Shown here: piece by piece, positions 45,145 to 55,202 of the stretch | How the letters are laid out: each line of letters begins with the position of its first letter | Position numbering within the stretch: the stretch's first letter is position 1 | DNA from: an uncultured Candidatus Saccharibacteria bacterium | GTDB taxonomy: Bacteria > Patescibacteriota > Doudnabacteria > UBA920 | Direction of reading: 5' to 3' | NCBI GenBank assembly: GCA_964505635.1 | Contig: CAZDIP010000004.1 | Location: 7,198-71,197, forward strand | Length of the DNA stretch: 64,000 nucleotides | Notes under the pieces: generated by a model | Seen by the model: the letters and a program-made list of their open reading frames with translations, nothing else | What the model was told of the DNA's origin: nothing | The model's database searches: none | Translations under genes and position numbers: made by a program

Positions 45145-45486
45145 ATGGCCATTTTGGAGAAAAAAACTGAAAATATGAAAGTTGCCTTATTATCTACCCC
45201 GGCTATGCAGGGAATTTTGGTGCAGCCCAGGGTTTCCGAAAAAGCTTCTCATTTGGCAGGCAAGGGTAAGTATGTGTTTATTGTGGCCCCTAAAGCTAAT
45301 AAAGTTGAAGTAAAGAAAGCTATAGAAAAAGCCTATAAAGTCAAAGTTATCCAGGTTAATATTATTAACAATAAAGGCAAGGTCAGGAATTTTGGCCGTA
45401 CCACCGGAAGGATTTCCGGTTTTAAAAAAGCCGTTGTTACTTTGAAGCAAGGCGATAAAATTGAAGACATGACCGAGACAGTGTAA
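45145..45486 (+). CDS. rplW: 50S ribosomal protein L23
   Basis: L23 core (VSEKA...YVFIV...ANKVEVKKAIEKAYKVKV); 113 aa. Confidence 0.9.
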   Translation: MAILEKKTENMKVALLSTPAMQGILVQPRVSEKASHLAGKGKYVFIVAPKANKVEVKKAIEKAYKVKVIQVNIINNKGKVRNFGRTTGRISGFKKAVVTLKQGDKIEDMTETV

Positions 45487-45506
45487 TTATTTAATTAATC
45501 TACAAT

Positions 45507-46343
45507 ATGGCAGTAAAAGTTTACAAACCAACTTCAGCCGGACGGCGCATTCACAGTGTGACCGATTATTCGGTATTGCAAAAAAGCCACAAAACTCCCA
45601 AAAGTTTGGTTTTTAGTAAAGCTAGGCCTGCCGGTCGCAATAACAGCGGTAAGATTACCGTTCGCCACCAGGGCGGGGGGGCTTTAAGAAAAGTCAGAAT
45701 TGTAGATTTTTCCCGCCAAGATAAAAAGAATATTCCGGCTAAAGTTTTGACTGTTGAATACGATCCGACCCGCAGCGCTTTTATTTCATTAGTTGCATAT
45801 AAAGATGGAACTAAGCGTTATGTTATTACGCCAGAAGGCTTGAAGGTTGGAAATATAATTTTGTACTCAGACACGGCTGAAATTTTGCCGGGCAATCGTT
45901 TAATGCTAAAAAATATTCCAGTCGGTACTTTGGTGCATGATATTGAGTTGATTCCCGGACATGGCGGCAAAATTGCCAGAAGCGCCGGCGGGTACTGCAT
46001 TTTGCAGACTTTGGAAGCCGGCTACGCGCTTTTAAAAATGCCTAGCGGGGAAATTAGAAAAGTTCCTGAAGCTTGTTTAGCGAGTATAGGCCAGGTTACA
46101 AATGTTGATTGGATGAATGTGCGTATTGGTAAAGCCGGTAGAATGCGTCTTATGGGCTGGCGGCCGTCGGTTAGAGGTAAGGTCATGAATCCGGTGGATC
46201 ACCCCCATGGTGGCGGTGAAGGTGTTAACCCAATTGGACTTAAGTATCCTAAAACCCCCTGGGGCAAACATGCTTTAGGTGTAAAGACCCGCAGGCAAAA
46301 GAAGTATTCCAACAGGATGATAGTCAAACGCAGAAGTAAATAA
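45507..46343 (+). CDS. rplB: 50S ribosomal protein L2
   Basis: MAVKVYKPTSAGRR...GGGEG...; 278 aa. Confidence 0.97.
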   Translation: MAVKVYKPTSAGRRIHSVTDYSVLQKSHKTPKSLVFSKARPAGRNNSGKITVRHQGGGALRKVRIVDFSRQDKKNIPAKVLTVEYDPTRSAFISLVAYKDGTKRYVITPEGLKVGNIILYSDTAEILPGNRLMLKNIPVGTLVHDIELIPGHGGKIARSAGGYCILQTLEAGYALLKMPSGEIRKVPEACLASIGQVTNVDWMNVRIGKAGRMRLMGWRPSVRGKVMNPVDHPHGGGEGVNPIGLKYPKTPWGKHALGVKTRRQKKYSNRMIVKRRSK

Positions 46344-46373
46344 TTTTTAAACAGATTAATAATTTAGCATAAG

Positions 46374-46706
46374 ATGTCACGAAGTTTAAAAAAAGGTCCG
46401 TTTATAGACGCCAAGCTTTTAAAAAAAGTCTTAAAAGGCAAAGCCGGAAAAGACAGGATTAAAACCTGGTCTCGGGACAGCACAATTTCTCCGGAAATGG
46501 TTGGTTTTACCTTTGAAGTGCATAACGGCAGGGCTTTCATTCCGGTTTTTGTCACAGAAAACATGGTTGGGCATAAACTTGGAGAATTTGCTTTAACCAG
46601 AAAGTTTATGAGGCATGGAGGTAAGATGGCTAAAGAGCAGGAAGCTGCGGCAGCCGCTTCGGAAAAAGCTAAATTAAACGCCGCTAAGGAAGAGCCTAAG
46701 AAGTAA
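46374..46706 (+). CDS. rpsS: 30S ribosomal protein S19 with Ala/Lys-rich C-terminal extension
   Basis: [12 protein letters not shown]...TWSRDSTI...[13 protein letters not shown]. Confidence 0.95.
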   Translation: MSRSLKKGPFIDAKLLKKVLKGKAGKDRIKTWSRDSTISPEMVGFTFEVHNGRAFIPVFVTENMVGHKLGEFALTRKFMRHGGKMAKEQEAAAAASEKAKLNAAKEEPKK

Positions 46707-46732
46707 TATTTTGAATTAAGTTTTCCGTATTT

Positions 46733-47302
46733 ATGTCCGATCAAACATTAAAAAACCAGACTCCTAAAATTGTTACGGCTTACGCCAGGCATCTTAGAAT
46801 TGCTCCAAGAAAAATGAGATTGGTTACTAACCTTGTCAAAAATATGCACGTAGCGGATGCTTTAAACCAATTGGCGCATACCAATAAAAAGGGAGCTGCC
46901 ATGTTGGTTAAACTGATTAAGTCGGCCGTAGCCAATGCCCAGCATAATTTTGCCATGGATTCGGACAAACTTTATATTAGAAAGGTTACCGCTGACATGG
47001 GCAAGGCCATGAAACGCTATTTTCCCAGAGCCCGCGGCAGCGCATTTGTTATTAAAAGAAAAATGAGTCATGTAAGCGTAGAGTTGGAAGAGCGCAAGAC
47101 CGGCAAGGCCAAAACATCAAAATTTGAAATTTTTAAAAAATCCCAGCAGAAAGAAAAAGACGGCGCTGACCATAAAGACGCAGTAAGCAAGCCGGTTGTG
47201 GATGAAATAAAAAAATCCCAGATTTTTAAAACCGACGAACAGAAAAAAATGAGCAAAGTCGCCAATAAACGCAGAATGTTTAATCGCAAAGCCGGTGAGT
47301 AA
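46733..47302 (+). CDS. rplV: 50S ribosomal protein L22 with long lysine-rich C-terminal tail (189 aa)
   Basis: L22 core (ARHLRIAPRKMRLV...AHTNKKGA...AVANAQHN). Confidence 0.9.
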   Translation: MSDQTLKNQTPKIVTAYARHLRIAPRKMRLVTNLVKNMHVADALNQLAHTNKKGAAMLVKLIKSAVANAQHNFAMDSDKLYIRKVTADMGKAMKRYFPRARGSAFVIKRKMSHVSVELEERKTGKAKTSKFEIFKKSQQKEKDGADHKDAVSKPVVDEIKKSQIFKTDEQKKMSKVANKRRMFNRKAGE

Positions 47303-47345
47303 ATTAGTACAAGATTTTGTAAATATTCAACTCAATTAAATTTTT

Positions 47346-48020
47346 ATGGGACACAAGATTAGCCCGACATCTTTAAGACTTAATATAACCGATACCTGGA
47401 AATCCAGGTGGTTTTCCAAAAGCGCTTTTCAAAAACAACTGAAAGAAGATGTGGTTATCCGCGAATATCTTGCTAAGCACTTAAAAAATGCCGGATTGGT
47501 AAGAATTGATATAGAACGGTTAAACGACGGCACAATTACAGTTATAATAAAAACCACCAAGCCGGGCTTGATTATTGGCAAAGGCGGGGCTGGGATTGAG
47601 GAGCTAAAGAAGAAAATCAAGGCTAAGCTGGGAATTAAGCAGGAACTAAAGGTTAACATTGAAGAAGTTAGGGACATAAATTTACAAGCCCAGGTTATTG
47701 CCAACAGTATTGCTGAACAGATAGAAAAACGCGTTGCGTTCAGGAGATTAATGAAACAGTCTTTGGAGCAAATTATGAATGCGGGCGCCAAGGGCGCCAA
47801 AGTGGCAATAGGCGGACGTTTAAACGGAGCTGATATTGCCAGAACCGAGCATTTAGCCAGCGGGAAAATCCCGCTTCATACTTTGCGGGCTGATATAGAC
47901 TTTGCCCGCAGTACCGCTTACACTACATATGGAACTGTTGGAATTAAGGTCTGGATTTATAAAGGAGATGTGTTTGAGGAAAGGCAAGTGCAAAACTCCA
48001 AAAGCAAGATGCAAAATTAA
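47346..48020 (+). CDS. rpsC: 30S ribosomal protein S3
   Basis: MGHKISPTSLRL..., KH domain, GGRLNGADIARTEH. Confidence 0.96.
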   Translation: MGHKISPTSLRLNITDTWKSRWFSKSAFQKQLKEDVVIREYLAKHLKNAGLVRIDIERLNDGTITVIIKTTKPGLIIGKGGAGIEELKKKIKAKLGIKQELKVNIEEVRDINLQAQVIANSIAEQIEKRVAFRRLMKQSLEQIMNAGAKGAKVAIGGRLNGADIARTEHLASGKIPLHTLRADIDFARSTAYTTYGTVGIKVWIYKGDVFEERQVQNSKSKMQN

Positions 48021-48082
48021 AGTACCCCTTTGGGCGGAAGTTATTATTACGTAAATTTTAAACTTTCAATTTTTATTAAGAT

Positions 48083-48499
48083 ATGTTCATTCCTAAAAAA
48101 TTAAAACACCGCAAACATCACCGCGGTCATACTTACGGCCAGGCTACCGCTGGCAACAGCATCGATTTTGGAACCTTTGCTTTAAAGGCAACAGAGAGTT
48201 CTTGGGTCACGGCCAGGCAGATTGAAGCAGCCAGACGAGCCATGACAAGGTATGTCCAGCGCGGGGGAAAAATCTGGATTCGGGTATTTGCCGACAAACC
48301 GGTAACCCTGCACGGCAACGAAAGCCCGATGGGTGGCGGTAAAGGCGCAGTAGATCATTTTGTTTCGGTTGTAAAAAAAGGCAAAATTTTGTTTGAAATG
48401 GACGGAGTGACCAAAGAGCAGGCACAGGAGGCTATGAGGTTGGCATCTTATAAATTACCCGTTAAGACCAAATTTTTAGTTAAAGAAAAACAAGGTTAA
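48083..48499 (+). CDS. rplP: 50S ribosomal protein L16
   Basis: [15 protein letters not shown]...; 138 aa. Confidence 0.96.
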   Translation: MFIPKKLKHRKHHRGHTYGQATAGNSIDFGTFALKATESSWVTARQIEAARRAMTRYVQRGGKIWIRVFADKPVTLHGNESPMGGGKGAVDHFVSVVKKGKILFEMDGVTKEQAQEAMRLASYKLPVKTKFLVKEKQG

Positions 48500-48504
48500 C
48501 ACTT

Positions 48505-48702
48505 ATGAAGTTTAAAGAATTATCAACCAAATCAGATACCGAATTACAGCAATTGCTTAAGGATTTAAAAGCCGAAGTTCATGAATTTTCGGTAAAACTC
48601 AGATTAAGGCAGATAAAAAATCCCAAAGCCTTGTCAGGCAAGAAAAAAGACATTGCCAGGGTGCTTACTTATTTAACACAGAAATTATCAGCCAAGCAAT
48701 AA
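48505..48702 (+). CDS. rpmC: 50S ribosomal protein L29
   Basis: 65 aa helical; position between L16 and S17; ELQQLLKDLKAE. Confidence 0.88.
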   Translation: MKFKELSTKSDTELQQLLKDLKAEVHEFSVKLRLRQIKNPKALSGKKKDIARVLTYLTQKLSAKQ

Positions 48703-48707
48703 TACAT

Positions 48708-48971
48708 ATGATATTAGAAACATCCTCCGCCCTAGGCGGAAAAAAGCAACAATTTATAGGCACGGTGGTTTCCGACAAAATGGCTAAAACCGTTGTGGTA
48801 AAAATAGATGTAAAAAAAAGACATCCTAAGTATCATAAGGCTTATACTGTTTCCAGGAAATTCAAGGCTCATACAGAAAGTTCTGACTATAAAGTTGGCG
48901 ACAGGGTTGTAATTGAGTCCATTAGGCCCATAAGCAAGGAAAAGAAATTTAAAGTAATAGGTAAAGCATAA
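48708..48971 (+). CDS. rpsQ: 30S ribosomal protein S17
   Basis: GTVVSDKMAKTVVVKI...RHPKY.K....SRKFKAH. Confidence 0.93.
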   Translation: MILETSSALGGKKQQFIGTVVSDKMAKTVVVKIDVKKRHPKYHKAYTVSRKFKAHTESSDYKVGDRVVIESIRPISKEKKFKVIGKA

Positions 48972-49023
48972 AAGTAGTATGTTGTAAGTTACTTACAACT
49001 CTACAACTCTACAACTTACATTT

Positions 49024-49416
49024 ATGTTACAAGTAAGATCATGGATTAAAATAGCAGATAACACCGGCGCGAAAATCGTTAATGTTTTTAGCGTGAACGG
49101 TAAAAACAGCAATCGTTTTGCCAGAATCGGTGACATTGTGGCAGGCAGCGTTAAGCAGGTTGCGCCAAATTCAACTTTGAAAAAAGGAGACAAGGTTTAT
49201 GCCGTGATTGTTCGTTTACGCAAAGAAATTCGCCGCAAAGACGGGAGTTATATTAGGTTTGATGAGAATGCTGGCGTGTTGGTAAATAAAGAAACCGGCG
49301 AACCAAGAGGTACCCGCATTTTCGGCCCTATCCCAAGAGAAATTCGCGAAAAAGCCCTGGGTGAATACGAAGATGGTTTTAAAAAAATAGTTTCACTGGC
49401 TCCCGAGGTTATATAA
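49024..49416 (+). CDS. rplN: 50S ribosomal protein L14
   Basis: [17 protein letters not shown].... Confidence 0.95.
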   Translation: MLQVRSWIKIADNTGAKIVNVFSVNGKNSNRFARIGDIVAGSVKQVAPNSTLKKGDKVYAVIVRLRKEIRRKDGSYIRFDENAGVLVNKETGEPRGTRIFGPIPREIREKALGEYEDGFKKIVSLAPEVI

Positions 49417-49499
49417 CTGAGTGAAAAGTAAAATACGCAAAGTAACACTGCTTTGCACTTTACACTCTCAACTTTACACTCTCAACTTTACACTTACTT

Positions 49500-49817
49500 A
49501 TGAACAAATTACGAATAAAAAAAGGCGATACAGTAAAAATTATTTCCGGCAAAGACAAAGGCAAGACCGGGAAGGTACTTTCCGTGTATCCTAAATTAAA
49601 CAAGGTTGTGGTTGAGAACGCAGCATTACATACCCGTTTTGAAAAAAGCAAGCAGGCCGGTCAGCCGGGAAAGAAAATAACTTTTTCCGCGCCTATTAAT
49701 GTCTCTAAGGTTATGCTGGTGGACAATAATTCTGGAAACACGTCGCGCGTCGGATATAAGTTCCTAGAAGACGGCAGCAAGCAAAGAGTGGCAAAAGCAA
49801 GCGGGAAGGCAGTATAA
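49500..49817 (+). CDS. rplX: 50S ribosomal protein L24
   Basis: KOW motif IKKGDTVKIISGKDKGKTGKVL. Confidence 0.93.
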   Translation: MNKLRIKKGDTVKIISGKDKGKTGKVLSVYPKLNKVVVENAALHTRFEKSKQAGQPGKKITFSAPINVSKVMLVDNNSGNTSRVGYKFLEDGSKQRVAKASGKAV

Positions 49818-49868
49818 TATTTAAGTTTAAATTATTTTAAATATAAAGGTATAAGTTATAAATTTACC

Positions 49869-50408
49869 ATGGAAAGATTGCAAGAACAATATAATAAACA
49901 GATTGTGCAGGCTTTGCAAAAAAAGTTTGCTTTTAAGAATGTAATGCAGGTTCCCAAAGTTACAAAAATTGTCGTAAGCACCGGAGTGGGTAAATTTAAG
50001 GATGATAAAAAGAAGATAGATGCCATTTTTGAAGACATGAAAAAAATTACCGGACAGGCTCCGGTTAAAACCAAGGCTCGCAAGTCAATCTCAGGTTTTA
50101 AAGTAAGAGAGAACCAGGTGGTAGGTCTTATGTGTACTTTGCGGGGTTTTAGAATGTATAGTTTTTTAGACAAATTAATAAATATTGCTTTGCCGAGAGT
50201 CCGGGATTTTCAAGGGGTTAATAAAGAAGGTTTTGATGGCAGGGGCAATTACCATCTGGGCTTGAAAGAACATTTAGTGTTTCCGGAAATTTCCAGCGAA
50301 TCTTTAGAAAACGTTTTTGGCTTGGAGGTGTCCATAGTTACTAACGCAAAAAAAGACCAGTATGCCAAAGAACTTTTAACTTTAATGAATTTTCCTTTTA
50401 AAAAATAA
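49869..50408 (+). CDS. rplE: 50S ribosomal protein L5
   Basis: Position and L5 motifs (RLQEQYNKQI...NVMQVPKVTKIVV...GNYHLGLKEHLVFPEI). Confidence 0.95.
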   Translation: MERLQEQYNKQIVQALQKKFAFKNVMQVPKVTKIVVSTGVGKFKDDKKKIDAIFEDMKKITGQAPVKTKARKSISGFKVRENQVVGLMCTLRGFRMYSFLDKLINIALPRVRDFQGVNKEGFDGRGNYHLGLKEHLVFPEISSESLENVFGLEVSIVTNAKKDQYAKELLTLMNFPFKK

Positions 50409-50439
50409 TTTAACTATCAAATAGTATTTAAGTAAAGAT

Positions 50440-50634
50440 ATGGCCACACAAGCACACATTGCGAAAGCTAAGCGCAGCAGAAAAAAACCCAAATTCCCGA
50501 CACGGGTGATTAGGCGTTGCTGGAAATGCGGAAGAAAAGCCGGTTATATGAGAGACTTTGATATGTGCAGGATTTGTTTTAGAGAGCTGGCCAGCAAAGG
50601 AGAAATTCCCGGGATTGTTAAGGCCTCCTGGTAG
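50440..50634 (+). CDS. rpsN: 30S ribosomal protein S14, zinc-binding type Z (64 aa)
   Basis: [23 protein letters not shown] (Cx2C...Cx2C). Confidence 0.93.
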   Translation: MATQAHIAKAKRSRKKPKFPTRVIRRCWKCGRKAGYMRDFDMCRICFRELASKGEIPGIVKASW

Positions 50635-50694
50635 CGAATTTATAAGATTAATTTATAAAAATAACAGACATTAGTTATTAATTATCAGTCAATT

Positions 50695-51087
50695 ATGTTT
50701 ACCGATCCAATCGCAGACATGCTAACAAGAATACGAAATGCAGCGCAGGCTCATAAAACGGAGCTGGTTTTACCGTATTCAAAATTTAAAGCAAGCTTGG
50801 CTGCCGTGTTGGCCAAAGAGGGCTTCATTTCAGGATTTAGTGAGGTTGAAGAGCAGCACAAAGCTTTGCAGATTAACTTGAAATACGACCAAAGTGGAGC
50901 ATCGGTTATCGCTGGAATTAAAAGAGTCAGCAAGCCCGGACAGAGAATTTATTTGCCAGCAGCAAAAATTCCCAGAACCAACAGCGGTTTCGGTATCACA
51001 GTAGTTTCTACTCCTTTGGGCTTAATGACTGACAGGCAGGCAAGGAAGGTTAAGGTCGGGGGCGAAATTATTTGCCAGGTATGGTAA
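50695..51087 (+). CDS. rpsH: 30S ribosomal protein S8
   Basis: MFTDPIADMLTRIRNA.... Confidence 0.96.
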   Translation: MFTDPIADMLTRIRNAAQAHKTELVLPYSKFKASLAAVLAKEGFISGFSEVEEQHKALQINLKYDQSGASVIAGIKRVSKPGQRIYLPAAKIPRTNSGFGITVVSTPLGLMTDRQARKVKVGGEIICQVW

Positions 51088-51159
51088 AATACGGGATTGG
51101 CATGAGTGACAAGAATATTTTTAAAACATGTCAATCATAAAATTATTTAAATTTTATTT

Positions 51160-51714
51160 ATGTCTAGAGTTGGAAAAAAACCCATAGTTCTACCCTCAGG
51201 GGTAAAAGTTGACCTTAAAGGCTTGAATTTGTCCGTTGTTGGCCCCAAAGGTACTTTAAGCATCGAAATTCATCCGAAGGTTTCTGTAACCCTGTCTGAA
51301 AAAGAGGTTTTAGTAGATGTTGACAATAAGAGCGATAAGCGTCAAAAAGCTTTGTGGGGTCTTTTCCGTTCCTTAATCCAAAACATGGTGGATGGGGTGG
51401 CCAAGGGTTTTGAAAAAAAATTGGAAGTTATCGGGGTGGGTTTTAAAGTCGCAATGCAGGGTCAAAAATTGATTATGTCGCTTGGTTTTTCGCATCCTGT
51501 GGAAGTTGAAATCCCTAAGGAATTGCAAGTCGCGGTTGATAAAAATACCATTACAGTGACCGGGGTTGACAAGCAAAAAGTCGGCCAGTTCGCAGCTGAG
51601 ATTAGAGAACTTAAAAAGCCGGAACCTTATAAAGGCAAGGGCATAAAGTACGCAGATGAAGTGATATTAAGGAAAGCCGGTAAAGTGGTGAAGGTGGTCG
51701 GAGGAGGAAAATAG
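51160..51714 (+). CDS. rplF: 50S ribosomal protein L6
   Basis: MSRVGKKPIVLPSGVKV...; two-domain length of 184 aa. Confidence 0.95.
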   Translation: MSRVGKKPIVLPSGVKVDLKGLNLSVVGPKGTLSIEIHPKVSVTLSEKEVLVDVDNKSDKRQKALWGLFRSLIQNMVDGVAKGFEKKLEVIGVGFKVAMQGQKLIMSLGFSHPVEVEIPKELQVAVDKNTITVTGVDKQKVGQFAAEIRELKKPEPYKGKGIKYADEVILRKAGKVVKVVGGGK

Positions 51715-51784
51715 TAGCCGCACGAACTACAAAAATTACAAACCACACTAATCGTATTTGTAAAATTTGTAAGATCAGTAATTA

Positions 51785-52147
51785 GTGAACAATATGGACA
51801 AGAATAAACACAAGAGAATAAAGCGGAATTTACGCCATAGCCGTGTGAGAAGCAAAGTCGCTGGCAGTTTAGAGAGGCCTAGATTGGTTGTTTTTCGCGC
51901 CAATGCCAACATTTATGCCCAATTGATTAACGATTCTTTAGGCAAGACTTTGGTTTCTGCTTCCAGCATGGAAGTTAAATCTAAAGCGAACAAAACTAAC
52001 GTTGCCGCTGAAGTGGGAAAAATTCTGGCCAAGAAAGCTTTGGATAATAAAATTTCAGAAGTGGTTTTTGACAGAGCCGGCTATAGATATCACGGCAGAG
52101 TCAAGGCCTTGGCCGAAGGCGCCAGAGAGGCTGGACTTAAATTTTAA
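51785..52147 (+). CDS. rplR: 50S ribosomal protein L18
   Basis: [21 protein letters not shown]...[24 protein letters not shown]. Confidence 0.95.
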   Translation: MNNMDKNKHKRIKRNLRHSRVRSKVAGSLERPRLVVFRANANIYAQLINDSLGKTLVSASSMEVKSKANKTNVAAEVGKILAKKALDNKISEVVFDRAGYRYHGRVKALAEGAREAGLKF

Positions 52148-52198
52148 TTAACGAATTTTATAGGACTTACGGATCCTATAGGATATATACTATTTAAT

Positions 52199-52702
52199 AT
52201 GGCATTTGAAAAAAGACGAAAAAATAATAATGAAGAACAGCGGGAGCGCAGTGAATTTGACCAGAAAGTGGTGGAAGTAAAACGTGTAACCCGTGTTGTG
52301 GCCGGAGGAAAGCGCATGCGCTTTAGGGCTCTGGTGGTTATTGGCGACCATAAGGGACGGGTAGGCATGGGTTTGAGAAAAGGCGCTGACGTCTCTGAAA
52401 GTGTAAACAAAGCCGTAAATCAGGCTAAAAAGAATATGATTAAGCTGCCTTTGGTGAACGAAACCATTCCCCATGAAATGAATGTAAAGTACAAATCTTC
52501 TTCTTTAATGTTAAAGCCCGCCAGACCCGGTACCGGAGTTATTGCCGGCGGGGCTGTCCGGAGCGTAATGGATTTGGCCGGCGTTAAGAATGTGGTTTGT
52601 AAAATGCTTGGCAGTAACAACAAGGTTAATAACGTGAAAGCGGTTTTTGAAGCCTTTGGAAGGATGAAAAGCAAAGAAGAATTGGCACAAATACGTAAAT
52701 AA
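52199..52702 (+). CDS. rpsE: 30S ribosomal protein S5
   Basis: KVVEVKRVTRVVAGGKRMRFRALVVIGD...GTGVIAGGAVR. Confidence 0.96.
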   Translation: MAFEKRRKNNNEEQRERSEFDQKVVEVKRVTRVVAGGKRMRFRALVVIGDHKGRVGMGLRKGADVSESVNKAVNQAKKNMIKLPLVNETIPHEMNVKYKSSSLMLKPARPGTGVIAGGAVRSVMDLAGVKNVVCKMLGSNNKVNNVKAVFEAFGRMKSKEELAQIRK

Positions 52703-52798
52703 TATCGCACAAATTACTAATCATACAGAATAATATTAACAAGTTTTGAATTTATATAGCTAGAATTAGTAAAATTTGTAATTAGTACACAAATAATT

Positions 52799-53233
52799 AT
52801 GTTAAAACTCCATCAGTTAAAAAAACATCCCAAATCCACCCACCGCAAAAAAGTTGTCGGCAGGGGTCTTGGCAGCGGGCATGGCACTTATTCCACCAGA
52901 GGTAATAAAGGCCAGACCAAACGAACCGGCCACAGCAAGATGCCGGTTAACTTTGAAGGAGGCAGGCAACCGATTGTCAGGCAGCTGCCCAAATTGCGGG
53001 GTTTTAAGTCTCTGAATACAAAAGCTTTTTCGCTTTCACTTTCTAGGTTGAATGTTTTTAACGATGGTGATACAGTTACTCTTAAGGAGCTAAAGGACAA
53101 GTCTTTAGTTGATGTGAATATTTTTAAAGTTAAAATTTTAGACGGCGAAATAAAAAAGAAATTGACAATCAAATTACCGGTGTCAGCCAAGGCAAAAAGC
53201 TCTGTGGAAAAAGCGGGTGGATTGGTTAAGTAG
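52799..53233 (+). CDS. rplO: 50S ribosomal protein L15 (follows S5 directly; no L30 gene)
   Basis: MLKLHQLKKHPKSTHRKKVVGRGLGSGHGTYSTRG.... Confidence 0.95.
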   Translation: MLKLHQLKKHPKSTHRKKVVGRGLGSGHGTYSTRGNKGQTKRTGHSKMPVNFEGGRQPIVRQLPKLRGFKSLNTKAFSLSLSRLNVFNDGDTVTLKELKDKSLVDVNIFKVKILDGEIKKKLTIKLPVSAKAKSSVEKAGGLVK

Positions 53234-53289
53234 TTTTCAAGTTCATAAAGTCATCAAGAAAAATACGGACTTTATAAGCTTTTAGAACT

Positions 53290-54591
53290 TTGAAACTTGA
53301 TAAACTTTATATGAATAAATTATCTCTTATTTGGAAAACCAAAGATTTGCGCAATAAAATTTTAATTGTGCTTGGTCTTTTGTTGTTAACCAGGGTACTG
53401 GCTCATGTGCCTATACCCGGCATAGATACGACAGGACTTAAAAGTTTTTTACAGCAAAGCCAGTTTTTTAATCTTTTAAATATTTTTTCCGGCGGAGGCT
53501 TGACTAATTTTTCCATTGCCATGTTGGGCGTAGGGCCTTATATCACGGCTTCCATTATTATGCAGCTTCTGACCATAATTGTTCCTTCCTTAGCTGAAAT
53601 GTCCAAGGAAGGGGGGGAAGCGGGGAGAACTTTAATTAATCAGTATACGAGATATTTAACCATTCCTTTAACTTTGCTGCAGGGTTTTGGCACCATTCGG
53701 CTTTTACAGTCCCAAGGCGGTAGCGCGATTTTAGGCCAGTTTACCCCATTTACCTGGTTTTTAGTTTTACTTTCAGTAACGGCCGGAACCATGCTAATTA
53801 TGTGGCTAGGGGAAATTATGTCTGAATTTGATGTTGGCAACGGCATCTCCCTTATAATTTTTGCCGGAATTGTGGCTCAATTGCCAGCTTCTGTTGGTTT
53901 TTTAAAGGATTGGTATGATCCAACCAAACTGCCGGTGGTCCTGGGTTTCTTGGCTGTTATTTTAATAGTTATAGCCGGCGTGGTAATGGTTACGGAAGCG
54001 CAAAGAAATATTCCCGTGGCCTATGCCAAAAGGGTCAGGGGCAATAAACTATTCGGCGGAGTCAATACTCATCTGCCTTTAAGGCTTAATCAGGCAGGAG
54101 TTATTCCCATTATTTTTGCGGTTTCTATAATGCTTTTTCCCGCCTTGATTGCCCAATTTTTTGTCAACGCGAAATCCCAACTATTGGCCACCTATGCCAA
54201 TAAAATTATTGCTTTGTTTAATTCACAGGGCTGGTTTTACGGCGTGACTTATTTTTTGCTCATAATGATTTTTACTTATTTTTATACCGCCGTGGTGTTT
54301 AACCCTACCGAAATTGCCGAGAATGTGCAAAAGAACGGCGGGTTTGTGCCGGGCCTGAGGCCAGGCGGCCAGACAGCGGATTTTTTGGCAAGCGTGCTTA
54401 ATCGCATAACTTTGGCCGGCGCTTTCTTTTTGGCAGTTATCGCGGTACTGCCTTTAATTGTGCAAAATTTTACCGGTACTCAGGCTTTAACCATCGGCGG
54501 CACCGGATTGTTAATCGCTGTTTCCGTGGTTATTGAGGTTATTAAGAAAGTGGAAGCCCAATTAACCATGCATGATTACGAAGGGTTTTAA
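53290..54591 (+). CDS. secY: Preprotein translocase subunit SecY
   Basis: 10-TM layout, conserved segments (IFSGGGLTNFSI, GVGPYITASIIMQLL); 433 aa. Confidence 0.96.
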   Translation: MKLDKLYMNKLSLIWKTKDLRNKILIVLGLLLLTRVLAHVPIPGIDTTGLKSFLQQSQFFNLLNIFSGGGLTNFSIAMLGVGPYITASIIMQLLTIIVPSLAEMSKEGGEAGRTLINQYTRYLTIPLTLLQGFGTIRLLQSQGGSAILGQFTPFTWFLVLLSVTAGTMLIMWLGEIMSEFDVGNGISLIIFAGIVAQLPASVGFLKDWYDPTKLPVVLGFLAVILIVIAGVVMVTEAQRNIPVAYAKRVRGNKLFGGVNTHLPLRLNQAGVIPIIFAVSIMLFPALIAQFFVNAKSQLLATYANKIIALFNSQGWFYGVTYFLLIMIFTYFYTAVVFNPTEIAENVQKNGGFVPGLRPGGQTADFLASVLNRITLAGAFFLAVIAVLPLIVQNFTGTQALTIGGTGLLIAVSVVIEVIKKVEAQLTMHDYEGF

Positions 54592-54623
54592 AATTGGATA
54601 GTTGTTCAAAGAATTGCTAAAAT

Positions 54624-54657
54624 AAACCTATCCTAAAAGGATAGGTTTTAAATTTTT
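54624..54657 (+). terminator. Rho-independent terminator after secY (aaacctatcc-taaaa-ggataggttt + T-run)
   Basis: Perfect 10-bp stem. Confidence 0.75.
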
Positions 54658-54662
54658 AGAAT

Positions 54663-55199
54663 ATGCTATTATCGGATACAACAATAAAAAAATACTTATC
54701 AGAGGGGCTAATTAAAATTTTACCTGCAGTTAAAACAGGGGATATAAAATCAATCGGGATTAGGATGCATTTAGGTAAAGATTTTCTAAAACCCGTTTTG
54801 AATAAACAAGTTAGCCTGGATTCAAAGGCGGAAGATTTATATGAAAGAATTACAGTTTTAGACGAAGATTATATTTTAAAGCCAAATGAATTTATATTGG
54901 GTACTACAGTTGAGCGTTTTATGGTACCAAGGAATTTGGTCGGTTATTTAGATGGGCGGAGCACACTAGCCAGATTAGGTTTGGGAATCCACATGACATC
55001 GCAGTTTGCCGACGGGAATTATGATAACGCTTCAGCCATAACCCTTGAAATAAAAAATAACGGAACATTTAATTTAGTTTTAAAACCAGGCATGCCTATT
55101 GGTATGTTAAGTTTTTTTGAATTGAGCGAGCCGGTAAGTAAGGAGGCTGAATTTTTATACAAAAATCAAACTTCTGTAAGGCCGCCTGAGTTTAATTAG
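54663..55199 (+). CDS. dcd: dCTP deaminase (dUTPase-fold)
   Basis: MLLSDTTIKKYL...VGYLDGRSTLARLGLGIH...; 178 aa. Confidence 0.8.
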   Translation: MLLSDTTIKKYLSEGLIKILPAVKTGDIKSIGIRMHLGKDFLKPVLNKQVSLDSKAEDLYERITVLDEDYILKPNEFILGTTVERFMVPRNLVGYLDGRSTLARLGLGIHMTSQFADGNYDNASAITLEIKNNGTFNLVLKPGMPIGMLSFFELSEPVSKEAEFLYKNQTSVRPPEFN

Positions 55200-55202
55200 C
55201 TT

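Noticed and set aside
54663-55199. dCTP deaminase as an anti-phage dNTP-depletion defence gene
   Set aside because: It is a plain 178-aa Dcd without the extra kinase or other N-terminal domain seen in defensive versions; more likely housekeeping pyrimidine metabolism.
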